DNA of 32,000 nucleotides from Dickeya solani IPO 2222 (GTDB lineage Bacteria; Pseudomonadota; Gammaproteobacteria; Enterobacterales; Enterobacteriaceae), in the NCBI RefSeq assembly GCF_001644705.1, contig NZ_CP015137.1, positions 4,050,001 to 4,082,000 on the forward strand. The letters run 5' to 3'. Below, one piece after another: positions 18,752 to 27,534 of this stretch (position 1 is its first letter; every line of letters begins with the position of its first letter). The position numbers and the translations under genes were made by a program. A model generated the notes under the pieces. The model was not told the origin of the DNA and searched no databases. It saw nothing but the letters and a program-made list of their open reading frames with translations.

Positions 18752-19217
18752 CTGGTCATCATCTTTAATGAACGAAGGATTGAAGGGGAGCGGAGTTGTT
18801 GAATAAATCGAACTTTTGCAGGGTGCAGGATCAGATCACGCATCATCCTGACTACATCTGATATCCCGTGGTAAAGCAGAAGTTCAGAATCACCAACAGG
18901 AACACCCACCACAAAACGCCCATCAAGCGCGGCTCCATCACTTTCTGCTGGCTGATGCTACTGTCATGCATGGTATGAAATCACCACACCGCCGTCATGG
19001 GTCGACCACCGCGTTATTCTGACCTTGCCAATCTCTACTGCACTGATGATTAAACGCGAGTTCCGACCCACATTTCGTGAAATCGGTAACAAACATGGAT
19101 TATTACCATGATTCATATCGAAATTAATTTTCAATCATACCTGTTATTCATCGTCAAAATCTTTCAAAAAGCGGGCTGATTTCAGCGCTAAGTCAAACTT
19201 TCAGAACAAATGCAAAA

Positions 19218-19308
19218 TCTGCGCAATTTCTTGCTCACTTTCCAGCATAAATCCCTGTTTGCGCAATGGATGCCGTTTTTTCAGGAGGTCTGCGCAATTC
19301 CTTGCTCA
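19218..19308. promoter_or_regulatory. Three copies of a TGCGCAA-containing motif, a candidate enhancer (UAS) for the hcp promoter
   Basis: TCTGCGCAATTTCTTGCTCA lies at 19218..19237 and TCTGCGCAATTCCTTGCTCA at 19289..19308 (19 of 20 positions identical). The palindrome TTGCGCAA lies between them at 19258..19265. Confidence 0.45.
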
Positions 19309-19369
19309 AATTTGGCTTAGGGAAAATTTGACTTAAGTGAATTATGTTTAAAAACAATAATATATAAAT

Positions 19370-19385
19370 TGGCATGAGAATTGCT
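19370..19385 (+). promoter_or_regulatory. Candidate sigma-54 (-24/-12) promoter for hcp
   Basis: TGGCATgagaaTTGCT fits TGGCAC-N5-TTGCW, with exactly 10 nt between the GG and the GC. It ends 50 nt upstream of the hcp ATG. Confidence 0.6.
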
Positions 19386-19434
19386 CCAGGAACCCTGAAG
19401 TTACACTAACCGTTCAACAACAAGGAGCAAGACT

Positions 19435-19953
19435 ATGCCAACTCCATGCTATATCAGCATCGAAGGGAAAACCCAGGGCAACATCACCGCCGGTGCCTTC
19501 ACCTCCGACTCCGTCGGCAACATCTACGTGCAGGGCCACGAAGACGAGATGCTGGTGCAGGAATTCAACCACGTCGTGACCGTACCGACCGACCCGCAGT
19601 CCGGCCAGCCGTCCGGTCAGCGCGTGCACAAACCGTTCAAGTTCACCGTCGCGCTGAACAAGGCCGTACCGCTGCTGTATAACGCGCTGGCCTCCGGCGA
19701 AATGCTGCCGACCGTGACCCTGAAGTGGTTCCGCACCTCGGTCGAAGGCAAGCAGGAGCATTTCTTCACCACCACCCTGACCGACGCCACCATCGTCGAC
19801 ATCAACAACCAGATGCCGCACTGCCAGGACCCGTCCAAGCAGGATTACACCCAGCTGATCGAAGTGTCGCTGGCCTACCGCAAGGTGGACTGGGAGCACA
19901 CCGTTGCCGGTACTTCCGGCTCCGACGACTGGCGCGCGCCGATCGAAGCGTAA
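19435..19953 (+). CDS. hcp: T6SS tube protein Hcp (TssD)
   Basis: The 172-aa product reads MPTPCYISIEGKTQGNITAGAFTSDSVGNIYVQGHEDEMLVQEFNHVV...KPFKFTVALNKAVPLLYNAL, a canonical Hcp sequence. The RBS is AAGGAG. Confidence 0.95.
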   Translation: MPTPCYISIEGKTQGNITAGAFTSDSVGNIYVQGHEDEMLVQEFNHVVTVPTDPQSGQPSGQRVHKPFKFTVALNKAVPLLYNALASGEMLPTVTLKWFRTSVEGKQEHFFTTTLTDATIVDINNQMPHCQDPSKQDYTQLIEVSLAYRKVDWEHTVAGTSGSDDWRAPIEA

Positions 19954-19962
19954 TCACGCCGT

Positions 19963-20034
19963 CACCCGGACTCCGGTCCGGGTGTTGTCGTTTTCAGCCT
20001 GCCCTGAGCGATGGAGGCGGTCATCGCTCAGGGC
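19963..20034 (+). terminator. Two stem-loops between hcp and vgrG (possible partial terminator or attenuator)
   Basis: The first hairpin is cacccgga/tccgggtg at 19963..19984, followed by ttgtcgttttc. The second has a 13-bp perfect stem, gccctgagcgatg/catcgctcagggc, at 20001..20034. Confidence 0.5.
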
Positions 20035-20065
20035 GGACGCAGACAGGGAATAAGGAGGAAGCCAG

Positions 20066-21928
20066 GTGGCCAACAGTACCGGATTGCAGTTTACCGTGAA
20101 GGTCGGCGCGTTGCCGGACACCACCTTCGCGGTGGTGGATTTTGAACTCGGCGAGGCGCTGAATCAGCCGTTCGCCTTGTCACTGAACCTGGCAAGCGCG
20201 TTACCCGGCATCGACTTCGGCGCGGTGCTGGACCAGCCGTGCGAGCTGCTGGTGTGGTACGAAGGCGAGCTGCAGCGCCGGGTCAGCGGCATCGTCAGCC
20301 GCTTTGCCCAGGGCGACACCGGTTTTCGCCGCACCCGCTATCAGGCCGAGGTGCGACCGGCGCTGTGGCGGCTCGGTCTGCGCACCAACGCCCGACTCTT
20401 CCAGACCCAAAAACCGGACGCCATTATCGGTACCCTGCTGGAAGAAGCCGGGATTACCGATTACGCCTTCGTCCTGCGCCACGACCACGCGGTGCGCGAG
20501 TACTGCGTGCAGTACCGCGAAAGCGACCTGGCGTTCATCAACCGGCTGGCGGCAGAAGAAGGGCTGTTCTACTTCCACGAGTTTGAAGCCGGTAAGCACC
20601 GGGTGGTGTTTGCCGATGACGCCGGCGCGCTGACCAAGGGCCCCGAGCTGTTCTTCAATCTTGCCACGCAAGGTTTGTCGGAAGGGGCGTACGTGCGCCG
20701 TTTCCGCTACGCCGAGGCGGTGAGCACCGCCGAGGTGGCGCTGAAGGATTACAGCTTCAAAACCCCGGCCTACGGACTGCTGCACAACAAAATGAGCAGC
20801 GAGCTGGACCACCAGCGCGAGTCCTACCAGCACTTCGACTACCCCGGCCGCTTCAAGCAGGACCCGAGCGGCAAGGCGTTTACCGGCTACCGGCTGGACG
20901 CGCTGCGTGCCGGGGCGATGACCGGCAGCGGCGAGTCCAACGCCGCCGAACTGATGCCAGGTGGCACCTTTACCCTGACCGAGCACCCGAACCCGGCGTT
21001 CAACCTGGCCTGGCAGGTGGTGGCGGTCACCCACAGCGGGCAGCAGCCGCAGGCGCTGGAAGAAGAGAGCGGTGGCGAGCCGACCACGCTCAGCAACAGC
21101 TTTGAGGTGGTGAAAGGCACCACCACCTGGCGCGCGGCCATGCCGTACAAGCCGATGGTGGACGGCCCGCAGATTGCCACCGTGGTTGGACCGGCGGGCG
21201 AAGAGATTTACTGCGACGAATTTGGCCGGGTGAAACTGCAGTTCCCGTGGGACCGTTACGGTGCCAGCGACGACCAGAGCTCCTGCTGGGTGCGGGTCAG
21301 TCAGGGCTGGGCCGGCGGGCAGTACGGGTTAATCGCCATTCCGCGCATCGGCCATGAAGTGGTGGTGAGCTTTCTGGAGGGCGACCCGGACCAGCCGATA
21401 GTGACCGGGCGGACCTTCCATGCCACCAACCCGTCGCCGTACCCGCTGCCGGCGAACAAGACCCGCACCTCGCTGCGCACCACGACCCACAAGGGGGCCG
21501 GGTTCAACGAGCTGCGCTTCGAAGACCAGGCCGGGCAGGAAGAGGTGTTTATCCACGCCCAGAAGGACATGAATACCGTGGTGCTGAATAACCGCAGTAC
21601 AGGGGTGGGGGGCGATCACGCAGAAAACGTCGGGCGGGATCAGGTGGGTGTTGTGGGGCGCCATCAGGTACTGAAAATCGTCGAAAATCAGGCGACTGAT
21701 ATTCAGGGGGCACAGAAAGTTGCGATAGGGGCGGGCCGTGAAACGGACGTGACGGGCAACGATAAATTGACGGTGACGGGAGACATCACGATCACCTCGA
21801 CCGGTGGTGATATCACGCTGTCAACTGCAGGTGGCGGGTCACTGACTATTTTCAAGAGCGGCAATATTGAGATCAAGGGCGTGCACATCGATGTGATCGG
21901 CAGTGAACGTATTGATTTGAATAAATAA
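20066..21928 (+). CDS. vgrG: T6SS spike protein VgrG (TssI), with no C-terminal effector extension
   Basis: The gene has a GTG start after AAGGAGG and encodes 620 aa. gp27/gp5-like motifs are present ([51 protein letters not shown]), and the protein ends in beta-helix repeats. Confidence 0.95.
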   Translation: MANSTGLQFTVKVGALPDTTFAVVDFELGEALNQPFALSLNLASALPGIDFGAVLDQPCELLVWYEGELQRRVSGIVSRFAQGDTGFRRTRYQAEVRPALWRLGLRTNARLFQTQKPDAIIGTLLEEAGITDYAFVLRHDHAVREYCVQYRESDLAFINRLAAEEGLFYFHEFEAGKHRVVFADDAGALTKGPELFFNLATQGLSEGAYVRRFRYAEAVSTAEVALKDYSFKTPAYGLLHNKMSSELDHQRESYQHFDYPGRFKQDPSGKAFTGYRLDALRAGAMTGSGESNAAELMPGGTFTLTEHPNPAFNLAWQVVAVTHSGQQPQALEEESGGEPTTLSNSFEVVKGTTTWRAAMPYKPMVDGPQIATVVGPAGEEIYCDEFGRVKLQFPWDRYGASDDQSSCWVRVSQGWAGGQYGLIAIPRIGHEVVVSFLEGDPDQPIVTGRTFHATNPSPYPLPANKTRTSLRTTTHKGAGFNELRFEDQAGQEEVFIHAQKDMNTVVLNNRSTGVGGDHAENVGRDQVGVVGRHQVLKIVENQATDIQGAQKVAIGAGRETDVTGNDKLTVTGDITITSTGGDITLSTAGGGSLTIFKSGNIEIKGVHIDVIGSERIDLNK

Positions 21929-21945
21929 TCAGCAGGTTGTCCGCG

Positions 21946-22446
21946 ATGGCCATTGGCATGGCGGCTACCGATTATGACACTCCATCATTATTCGAGGCTT
22001 TCATTTTGACGACTCAATCTCCTGCCTACTGCGTTTTTACCGAAGGCTGCATCACACTGCCTGACGGCTACAAGGATCGTACGGTAAATGCATTTGTACC
22101 CGGAAAAGAAGGTGACGCAGCCATTACGGTTACCCGCGACACGCTCAATGAGGGGGAGTCGCTAAACGACTATATCGATCGACAACTGGCACTGATGTCG
22201 CAGCATCTCAAGGGGTGGAAAACACAGCCGCGTGAGGCGATCTGGCTAGGTCAGCAGGTGCTGGAAGGTGAAGGTGTCCAGGCGAGTTATCTCCGCGATG
22301 GTCAGCGTATCTGGCAGCAGCAGGCGGTATTTGCGCTGGATAGCGCACACATTCTTGTTTTCACCCTGTCGAAAACCGCCGTGTTATCTGATGTCGATGT
22401 ATCCCGGTTCAATGCCCTGCTGGGGAGCTTTACGTTTAACCAGTAA
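21946..22446 (+). CDS. DUF1795 (Eag/DcrB-like) T6SS effector adaptor
   Basis: FTEGCITLPDGYKDRTVNAFVP...GESLNDYIDRQLALMSQHLKGWK is the typical DUF1795 pattern, and the gene lies directly upstream of the prePAAR Rhs gene. The start is uncertain. An in-frame TTG at 22006 after GAGG would give about 146 aa, a more typical length. Confidence 0.8.
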   Translation: MAIGMAATDYDTPSLFEAFILTTQSPAYCVFTEGCITLPDGYKDRTVNAFVPGKEGDAAITVTRDTLNEGESLNDYIDRQLALMSQHLKGWKTQPREAIWLGQQVLEGEGVQASYLRDGQRIWQQQAVFALDSAHILVFTLSKTAVLSDVDVSRFNALLGSFTFNQ

Positions 22447-22463
22447 CGATAAGGAACATTGTT

Positions 22464-25400
22464 ATGTTTGAAGCGGCGCGCGTTGGGGATGGGATTGGGC
22501 ACTCGGGGGCTTTGGCTGGCATGATTGCCGGCACCATTGTCGGTGGGCTGATTGCGGCCGTTGGGGGCATTGCTGCCGGCGCGCTGTTTATGGCGGGGAT
22601 TGCCTCCTCCTGCCTGGGGGTTGGCGTGTTACTGGTTGGCCTCAGTTTTGCGGTTGGCTGGGGGACCGGTGTGCTGGCAGAAAAAGCCCGCGACAGCATA
22701 GCGGAGTCCGGTGCCAGCAGCATGTCGAAGGCAGGCACGCTCCTCACCGGTTCCCCGAATGTGTTTATTAATAGTCTGGCCGCGGTTATCGCCACCCAGA
22801 GTATGGCGGCCTGTAATAAAGATGGCCCTTCCATGCAGGTCGCTCAGGGTTCTTCCGGGGTATTCATCAACGGCCAGCCTGCATCCCGTCTGGGCGATAA
22901 AATCAACTGTGGTGCTTCCATAACAGAAGGCTCATCAAATGTTTATATTGGCGGTGAAACCCAAACGACACTGCCGATTAAGCCCGAAGTTCCCGCATGG
23001 CTCTATAAGGTCTCGGATTTAACGCTGCTTTTCGCCGGATTGGCTGGTGGTGCCGGTGGGGCATTTAGCAAGGTTGGAAAACTGGGACGCCTTCTGCAAA
23101 AACTTCCCGGGATCAATAAAATCCAGCGTATTGCCTGCCGTTATGGTGTGCTCATGACGGCTGTCGCCGCCGGGGGGATCATTGCCCGTCCGATCGATGT
23201 GGTAAGCGGGCAAAAATTTTTGGCGGGTGAGGATGAGCTGGATTTCGTCCTGCCTTCCCGTTTGTCCGTGTACTGGCAGCGCTGCTGGCGTAGCGGTAAC
23301 CCCGGTGACAGCGTACTGGGAACGGGCTGGAGCCTGTTCTGGGAAACGACGCTGACGCACTATCAGGATGGGCTGGTCTGGCGCGCGCCGTCGGGCGACC
23401 TGATTTCATTTCCTTTTGTGCCTGCCGGGCAGCGAACCTACTGCCCACCCGAAAAACGCTGGCTGGAGCATCATCAGGATGACAGCTGGTCCGTGTATGG
23501 CATCGATGGTGAAGTGTGGTATTACACCGCTTTGTCCTCACAAGGTAAGGCGGTGTTGTCACGTATCGCCGACCCGTGTGGCAATGACGTCCTCTTTTCC
23601 TGGAATGCGGACGGCACGCTTCAGACACTGAAGGACAGTGCTGACAGGCAGGTGACATGCCGGTATCGTGATGGGCGGCTGGAGAGCGTCTGGCTGGATG
23701 CGTCGACGTGTCTGGTGCACTATACCTACAACGCGCAAGGGCAACTGATCACCGTCACCGGGCGGGGCGGTAGCGTGCGCCGCCGTTTTACCTGGCAGGA
23801 TGATGGGTTGATGTCCAGCCATGAAGACGCCAACGGCCTGCTCAGCGAATATACGTGGCGGGAGATAGCGGATTTGCCCCGCGTGGTGGCATACCGCAAC
23901 AGTGCGGGCGAGCAGCTTACGCTGGAGTATGACTTTCCGGGGCGGCGCAGAACGGCGCGCCGGGATGACGGTTGCTGTGCACAATGGGAACTGGACGAAG
24001 ACGATCAGGTCGTCCGCTTTACCGATTACGATGGGCGGGAAACGGTACAGCGTTACAGCGATGGCGAGCTGTGCGAGGTCATTCTGCCCGGCGGTGCGAG
24101 TCGCAAGACCACGTGGGACAGCTACGGTCGTCTGCTCAGTGAGACTGACCCGCTGGGCCGGGAAACCCAATACCAGTGGTACCGGCTGACGGATAACGTG
24201 ACGCAAGTGACGTATGCGGATGGCAGCAGCGAGCTGAATCTGTACGACGACCTTAACCGGCTGGTGGAGGAAACGGACGCACTGGGGAACCCGACGCGTT
24301 ATCACTACCCCGGTGCGCAGGAGAGCCTGCCGGACAGCGTGACCGATGCGCTGGGCGGAACGGTGACACTGGCCTGGGACAGGCAGGGGCTGCTGACGGC
24401 ACGTACCGACTGTTCGGGGCAATGCACTACCTTTGAGTATGACCGCTATGGACAGTTGCTGACCTCTGTCGATGCGGAAGGTAATCGTACCCGTCGTGAA
24501 TGGGATGCGCATGGGCAACTGGCGGGCGTTATCTACCCGGACGGCCGCCGGGATACGCTGCGCTGGAATGAGCGTGGTCAGTTACAGGCGTGGCGCGATG
24601 CGCAGAACAGCGAGGTACGCTGGCAGTATAACGCGCTGGGCCAGCCGGTGAGTGTGACAGACCGGCTCCGCCGGGTAAAACGCTGGCATTATGACGTGCG
24701 TGGGCAGTTGCTGCGGCTGGAGAACGGTAACGGCGCGGAATACCGCTTTGGGTATGATGCAGTAGGTCGCCTGGTGAACGAGCGACGGGTGGACGGCGTT
24801 GAACTGACGTTCCGCTACGACGAGGCGGGCCACCTTTGTCAGCGATCGCAGCGTGGTCAGGCGGCGAATGATGAAGCCATACCGCACGTTTACCAGCATG
24901 ATGTCGCCGGGCAACTGGTTCGCCGCGCCCATGCCCATGCCGTGTTTCATTATCAGCATGATGACCGGGGACGGCTGGTTTCGCTGAAACGCGAGCCCAG
25001 TGAGGCAGGTCTTGCGCTGGGTATCAGCGCGGATGAGGTCAGGCTGAGTTATGATGCGGCGGGCTATCTGTCGGGTGAGCACGGCAGTGGGGGAGAGATT
25101 GCCTACCGGCGGGATGCTCTGGGGAATGTGAGCACCCTGTCACTGCCGGATGGCGACGAACTGCACTGGCTGCGTTACGGTTCAGGGCATGTCAGCGCGG
25201 TGAAATTCAATCATCAGGTGGTGAGTGAGTTTACCCGTGACCGGCTGCATCGGGAGATAACACGCACACAGGGACGACGCGAACAGCAACGAACGTATGA
25301 CAGTCTGGGCCGTCTGACGTCACAGCGCAGCGCGTTGTGGGAAGTGGCGGAGCCGGAGCAGCGGATATTGTCGCGGGCGCTGAGCTATACGGCATCCGGT

Positions 25401-26651
25401 GAACTGGCTTCGGTCAGGGATAGACTGCGGGGTGACGTCGAGTACGATTACGACGCCGAAGGGCGTCTGGTGAAACGGGCAGATGTACACTGGCAGGTTC
25501 ACCACCGGGCGTACGGGTATGATGGAGCCGATAACCTGCGGGACGCGGAAGACCGGCATGGTATCTTTCCGTTAGCCGATAACCGGCTGCTGCACTGGCG
25601 CAATCTGTGGAACCAGTATGATGGTCAGGGGAACCTGACGCGGCGGCGTGAAGGCGCAACAGAGCAGTATTATCAGTATGATGCGGATAACCGTCTGGTC
25701 GCGGCGCGTGGCCGGGGGCCGCAGGGCGAGTTCGTGGCGCGATATGGTTATGACGCGCTGGGAAGGCGAACCGGTAAAACGGTGACCTGGTGTGAGAGCG
25801 GGAAGCAGGAAGAAACACACTTTCTGTGGGAAGGCTACCGGTTGTTGCAGGTCAGGCAGCCTGACCGGAAAGAGAGTTACGTGTATGACCCAACGGTATG
25901 GTGGTCGCCGTTAGCACGTATCACACAGCAATCAGGATCGCGTGAGGGCGACATCCGCTGGTTCATCACGGACCGGAATGGTGCCCCGCTGGAGATGACG
26001 GATGCGGATGGCTCGGTCCGCTGGAGCGGCGACTATGGCAGCTTTGGCCGGCTGCTCGGACAGACACAGGACAGTGAAGGGCTGCGCGACGGCAAGACAG
26101 TGGAGCCGCAGCCGCTACGCTACGCGGGGCAGTACGCGGATGACGAAACCGGGCTGCACTACAACCTGTTCCGCTATTACGACCCGACGGTAGGCCGGTT
26201 TACCACACAGGACCCGATAGGGCTGGCGGGCGGGATCAATCTTTATCAGTATGCGCCTAACCCGTTATCTTGGGTTGATCCGTTTGGACTAACAGGGACA
26301 TATATTTTTACTGATGAAGTTACATCGTATATTGGTAAAGGGCCAGAGTCTCGAATGAATAGCTCCATGAACTATCGTATAGGTGGTAAATCTAATGCTA
26401 CACAATTCGCACATATGGATTTTGGTGACAATAAATTAGGTTTTATGGTCGAGCACCGATTGATGGAGAAATATAATGCCCGTTACTCCCCTGATTTTGC
26501 GAATAGTGAACGTATAAACTCACCAGGTAAAAAACTATATGATGCTGCAGATGCTAAAACTCAGAAGAAGGTTGATCAGCTAGCTAATAAACTAGACGAG
26601 AAATTTAAAGCATCTAAAAAATCCAAATCATCTAAAGCATCTACATGCTAA
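22464..26651 (+). CDS. rhs: prePAAR-TM-PAAR-Rhs polymorphic T6SS toxin with a variable C-terminal toxin domain
   Basis: The N-terminus MFEAARVGDGIGH carries the prePAAR motif AARxxDxxxH. It is followed by Gly-rich TM helices, a PAAR region and many YD repeats. The core ends with PLRYAGQYADDETGLHYNLFRYYDPTVGRFTTQDPIGLAGGINLYQYAPNPLSWVDPFGL, followed by a 119-aa AT-rich tail. Confidence 0.95.
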   Translation: MFEAARVGDGIGHSGALAGMIAGTIVGGLIAAVGGIAAGALFMAGIASSCLGVGVLLVGLSFAVGWGTGVLAEKARDSIAESGASSMSKAGTLLTGSPNVFINSLAAVIATQSMAACNKDGPSMQVAQGSSGVFINGQPASRLGDKINCGASITEGSSNVYIGGETQTTLPIKPEVPAWLYKVSDLTLLFAGLAGGAGGAFSKVGKLGRLLQKLPGINKIQRIACRYGVLMTAVAAGGIIARPIDVVSGQKFLAGEDELDFVLPSRLSVYWQRCWRSGNPGDSVLGTGWSLFWETTLTHYQDGLVWRAPSGDLISFPFVPAGQRTYCPPEKRWLEHHQDDSWSVYGIDGEVWYYTALSSQGKAVLSRIADPCGNDVLFSWNADGTLQTLKDSADRQVTCRYRDGRLESVWLDASTCLVHYTYNAQGQLITVTGRGGSVRRRFTWQDDGLMSSHEDANGLLSEYTWREIADLPRVVAYRNSAGEQLTLEYDFPGRRRTARRDDGCCAQWELDEDDQVVRFTDYDGRETVQRYSDGELCEVILPGGASRKTTWDSYGRLLSETDPLGRETQYQWYRLTDNVTQVTYADGSSELNLYDDLNRLVEETDALGNPTRYHYPGAQESLPDSVTDALGGTVTLAWDRQGLLTARTDCSGQCTTFEYDRYGQLLTSVDAEGNRTRREWDAHGQLAGVIYPDGRRDTLRWNERGQLQAWRDAQNSEVRWQYNALGQPVSVTDRLRRVKRWHYDVRGQLLRLENGNGAEYRFGYDAVGRLVNERRVDGVELTFRYDEAGHLCQRSQRGQAANDEAIPHVYQHDVAGQLVRRAHAHAVFHYQHDDRGRLVSLKREPSEAGLALGISADEVRLSYDAAGYLSGEHGSGGEIAYRRDALGNVSTLSLPDGDELHWLRYGSGHVSAVKFNHQVVSEFTRDRLHREITRTQGRREQQRTYDSLGRLTSQRSALWEVAEPEQRILSRALSYTASGELASVRDRLRGDVEYDYDAEGRLVKRADVHWQVHHRAYGYDGADNLRDAEDRHGIFPLADNRLLHWRNLWNQYDGQGNLTRRREGATEQYYQYDADNRLVAARGRGPQGEFVARYGYDALGRRTGKTVTWCESGKQEETHFLWEGYRLLQVRQPDRKESYVYDPTVWWSPLARITQQSGSREGDIRWFITDRNGAPLEMTDADGSVRWSGDYGSFGRLLGQTQDSEGLRDGKTVEPQPLRYAGQYADDETGLHYNLFRYYDPTVGRFTTQDPIGLAGGINLYQYAPNPLSWVDPFGLTGTYIFTDEVTSYIGKGPESRMNSSMNYRIGGKSNATQFAHMDFGDNKLGFMVEHRLMEKYNARYSPDFANSERINSPGKKLYDAADAKTQKKVDQLANKLDEKFKASKKSKSSKASTC

Positions 26652-27508
26652 GGGGTAATGCCGTGAAAACTGTTTTTTATAATGAAAACACACAAGAGCT
26701 TGAAATACCGTTTGATGTTCTTTCTAAGGGGGTTTCCTATGCTGAAAAAAATGAATTTAATAGTATTAAAATAATTAATCCAATAGAAAAGGGCAGCGTT
26801 GGGCTTGACTTAACCCCATTGGCTGGAAATAACAGTATATCTTCTGTTTATATCGCCGATGATGTCAATTTAAATAAGGTTGATTTATCGCCGCTATATG
26901 AAATGAATGCAATAAAAAAAATAACAATGCAATATTTAAAGGGAAAAATAGAGTTCTCTAAATTTTCTGCATTGGAAACTCTTTATATAACAAAAGCAGA
27001 CAGTGAAATAGATATATTAAATGTTAACGGATTAAAAGATCTTTTGTTGGTTTCTACAAAAAATATTGATTGTGGTTTTATATCTAATCTGAAAGAGTTG
27101 GAGTCTATTAGAATTAGTAGTGCTAAGCTCAAGAGCTTGTCAGGAATAGAATCTCTCTGTGAGCTGAAAACTCTAAGAATAACTTACTGTCCAAGTTTAT
27201 TAGATATTTCAGGTGTAAATAAAATAAAAAATCTATCTCATCTTTATGTCGAGAAGTGTAAGGGTTTGACCGATTTTTCCTTTCTTTCTGGCAATGAATC
27301 CATTAGAGATTTATTTTTGTCAGATGTTGATTCTCTCGCTTTTATTCCTTCAATGAAATCCATTGAAAATATTAAATTTTGGAATCTAAAGGATGGTGAT
27401 ATGAATTTCCTTTTTGATGCGCCAACGCTTAAGAAAGTTGATTTTCATCCTATGAAAAAAAACTATACTCACAAAAAAGATGAAATAAATAATATCATAG
27501 GAAAATGA
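26645..27508 (+). CDS. Leucine-rich-repeat protein, presumed cognate immunity protein
   Basis: The gene starts at the ATG at 26645, overlapping the rhs stop by 7 nt, or at an in-frame GTG at 26663 after AAGGGG. LRR-type periodicity is visible (LKELESIRISSAKLKSLSGIESLCELKTLRITYCPSLLDISGVNKIKNLSHLYVEKCKGLTDFSFL). It shares the AT-rich composition of the toxin tail. Confidence 0.7.
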   Translation: MLRGNAVKTVFYNENTQELEIPFDVLSKGVSYAEKNEFNSIKIINPIEKGSVGLDLTPLAGNNSISSVYIADDVNLNKVDLSPLYEMNAIKKITMQYLKGKIEFSKFSALETLYITKADSEIDILNVNGLKDLLLVSTKNIDCGFISNLKELESIRISSAKLKSLSGIESLCELKTLRITYCPSLLDISGVNKIKNLSHLYVEKCKGLTDFSFLSGNESIRDLFLSDVDSLAFIPSMKSIENIKFWNLKDGDMNFLFDAPTLKKVDFHPMKKNYTHKKDEINNIIGK

Positions 27509-27534
27509 TGTTTAATCATTGGAAATAAAAATCA

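Noticed and set aside
18574-18912. A 112-aa minus-strand ORF overlapping the XRE gene at 18506..18751.
   Set aside because: Most of it is an alternative frame of the well-supported XRE gene. Only its 5' part may be a gene relic, and that is covered in the TA-remnant finding.
20201-21034. A 277-aa minus-strand ORF antisense to vgrG. Similar long antisense or out-of-frame ORFs occur at 19414..19899, 20239..20633, 21329..21664, 23559..24518, 24582..25082 and 25414..25818.
   Set aside because: These lie entirely inside well-supported GC-rich genes (hcp, vgrG, rhs). Their products are rich in Arg, Ala, Gly and Pro and of low complexity, which is typical of shadow ORFs in high-GC coding DNA.
23200-26200. 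Repetitive appearance of the rhs core, considered as a possible DNA tandem repeat or CRISPR-like array.
   Set aside because: The periodicity is at the protein level (degenerate YD repeats). There are no identical direct DNA repeats with unique spacers, and nowhere in the window is there CRISPR-like architecture.
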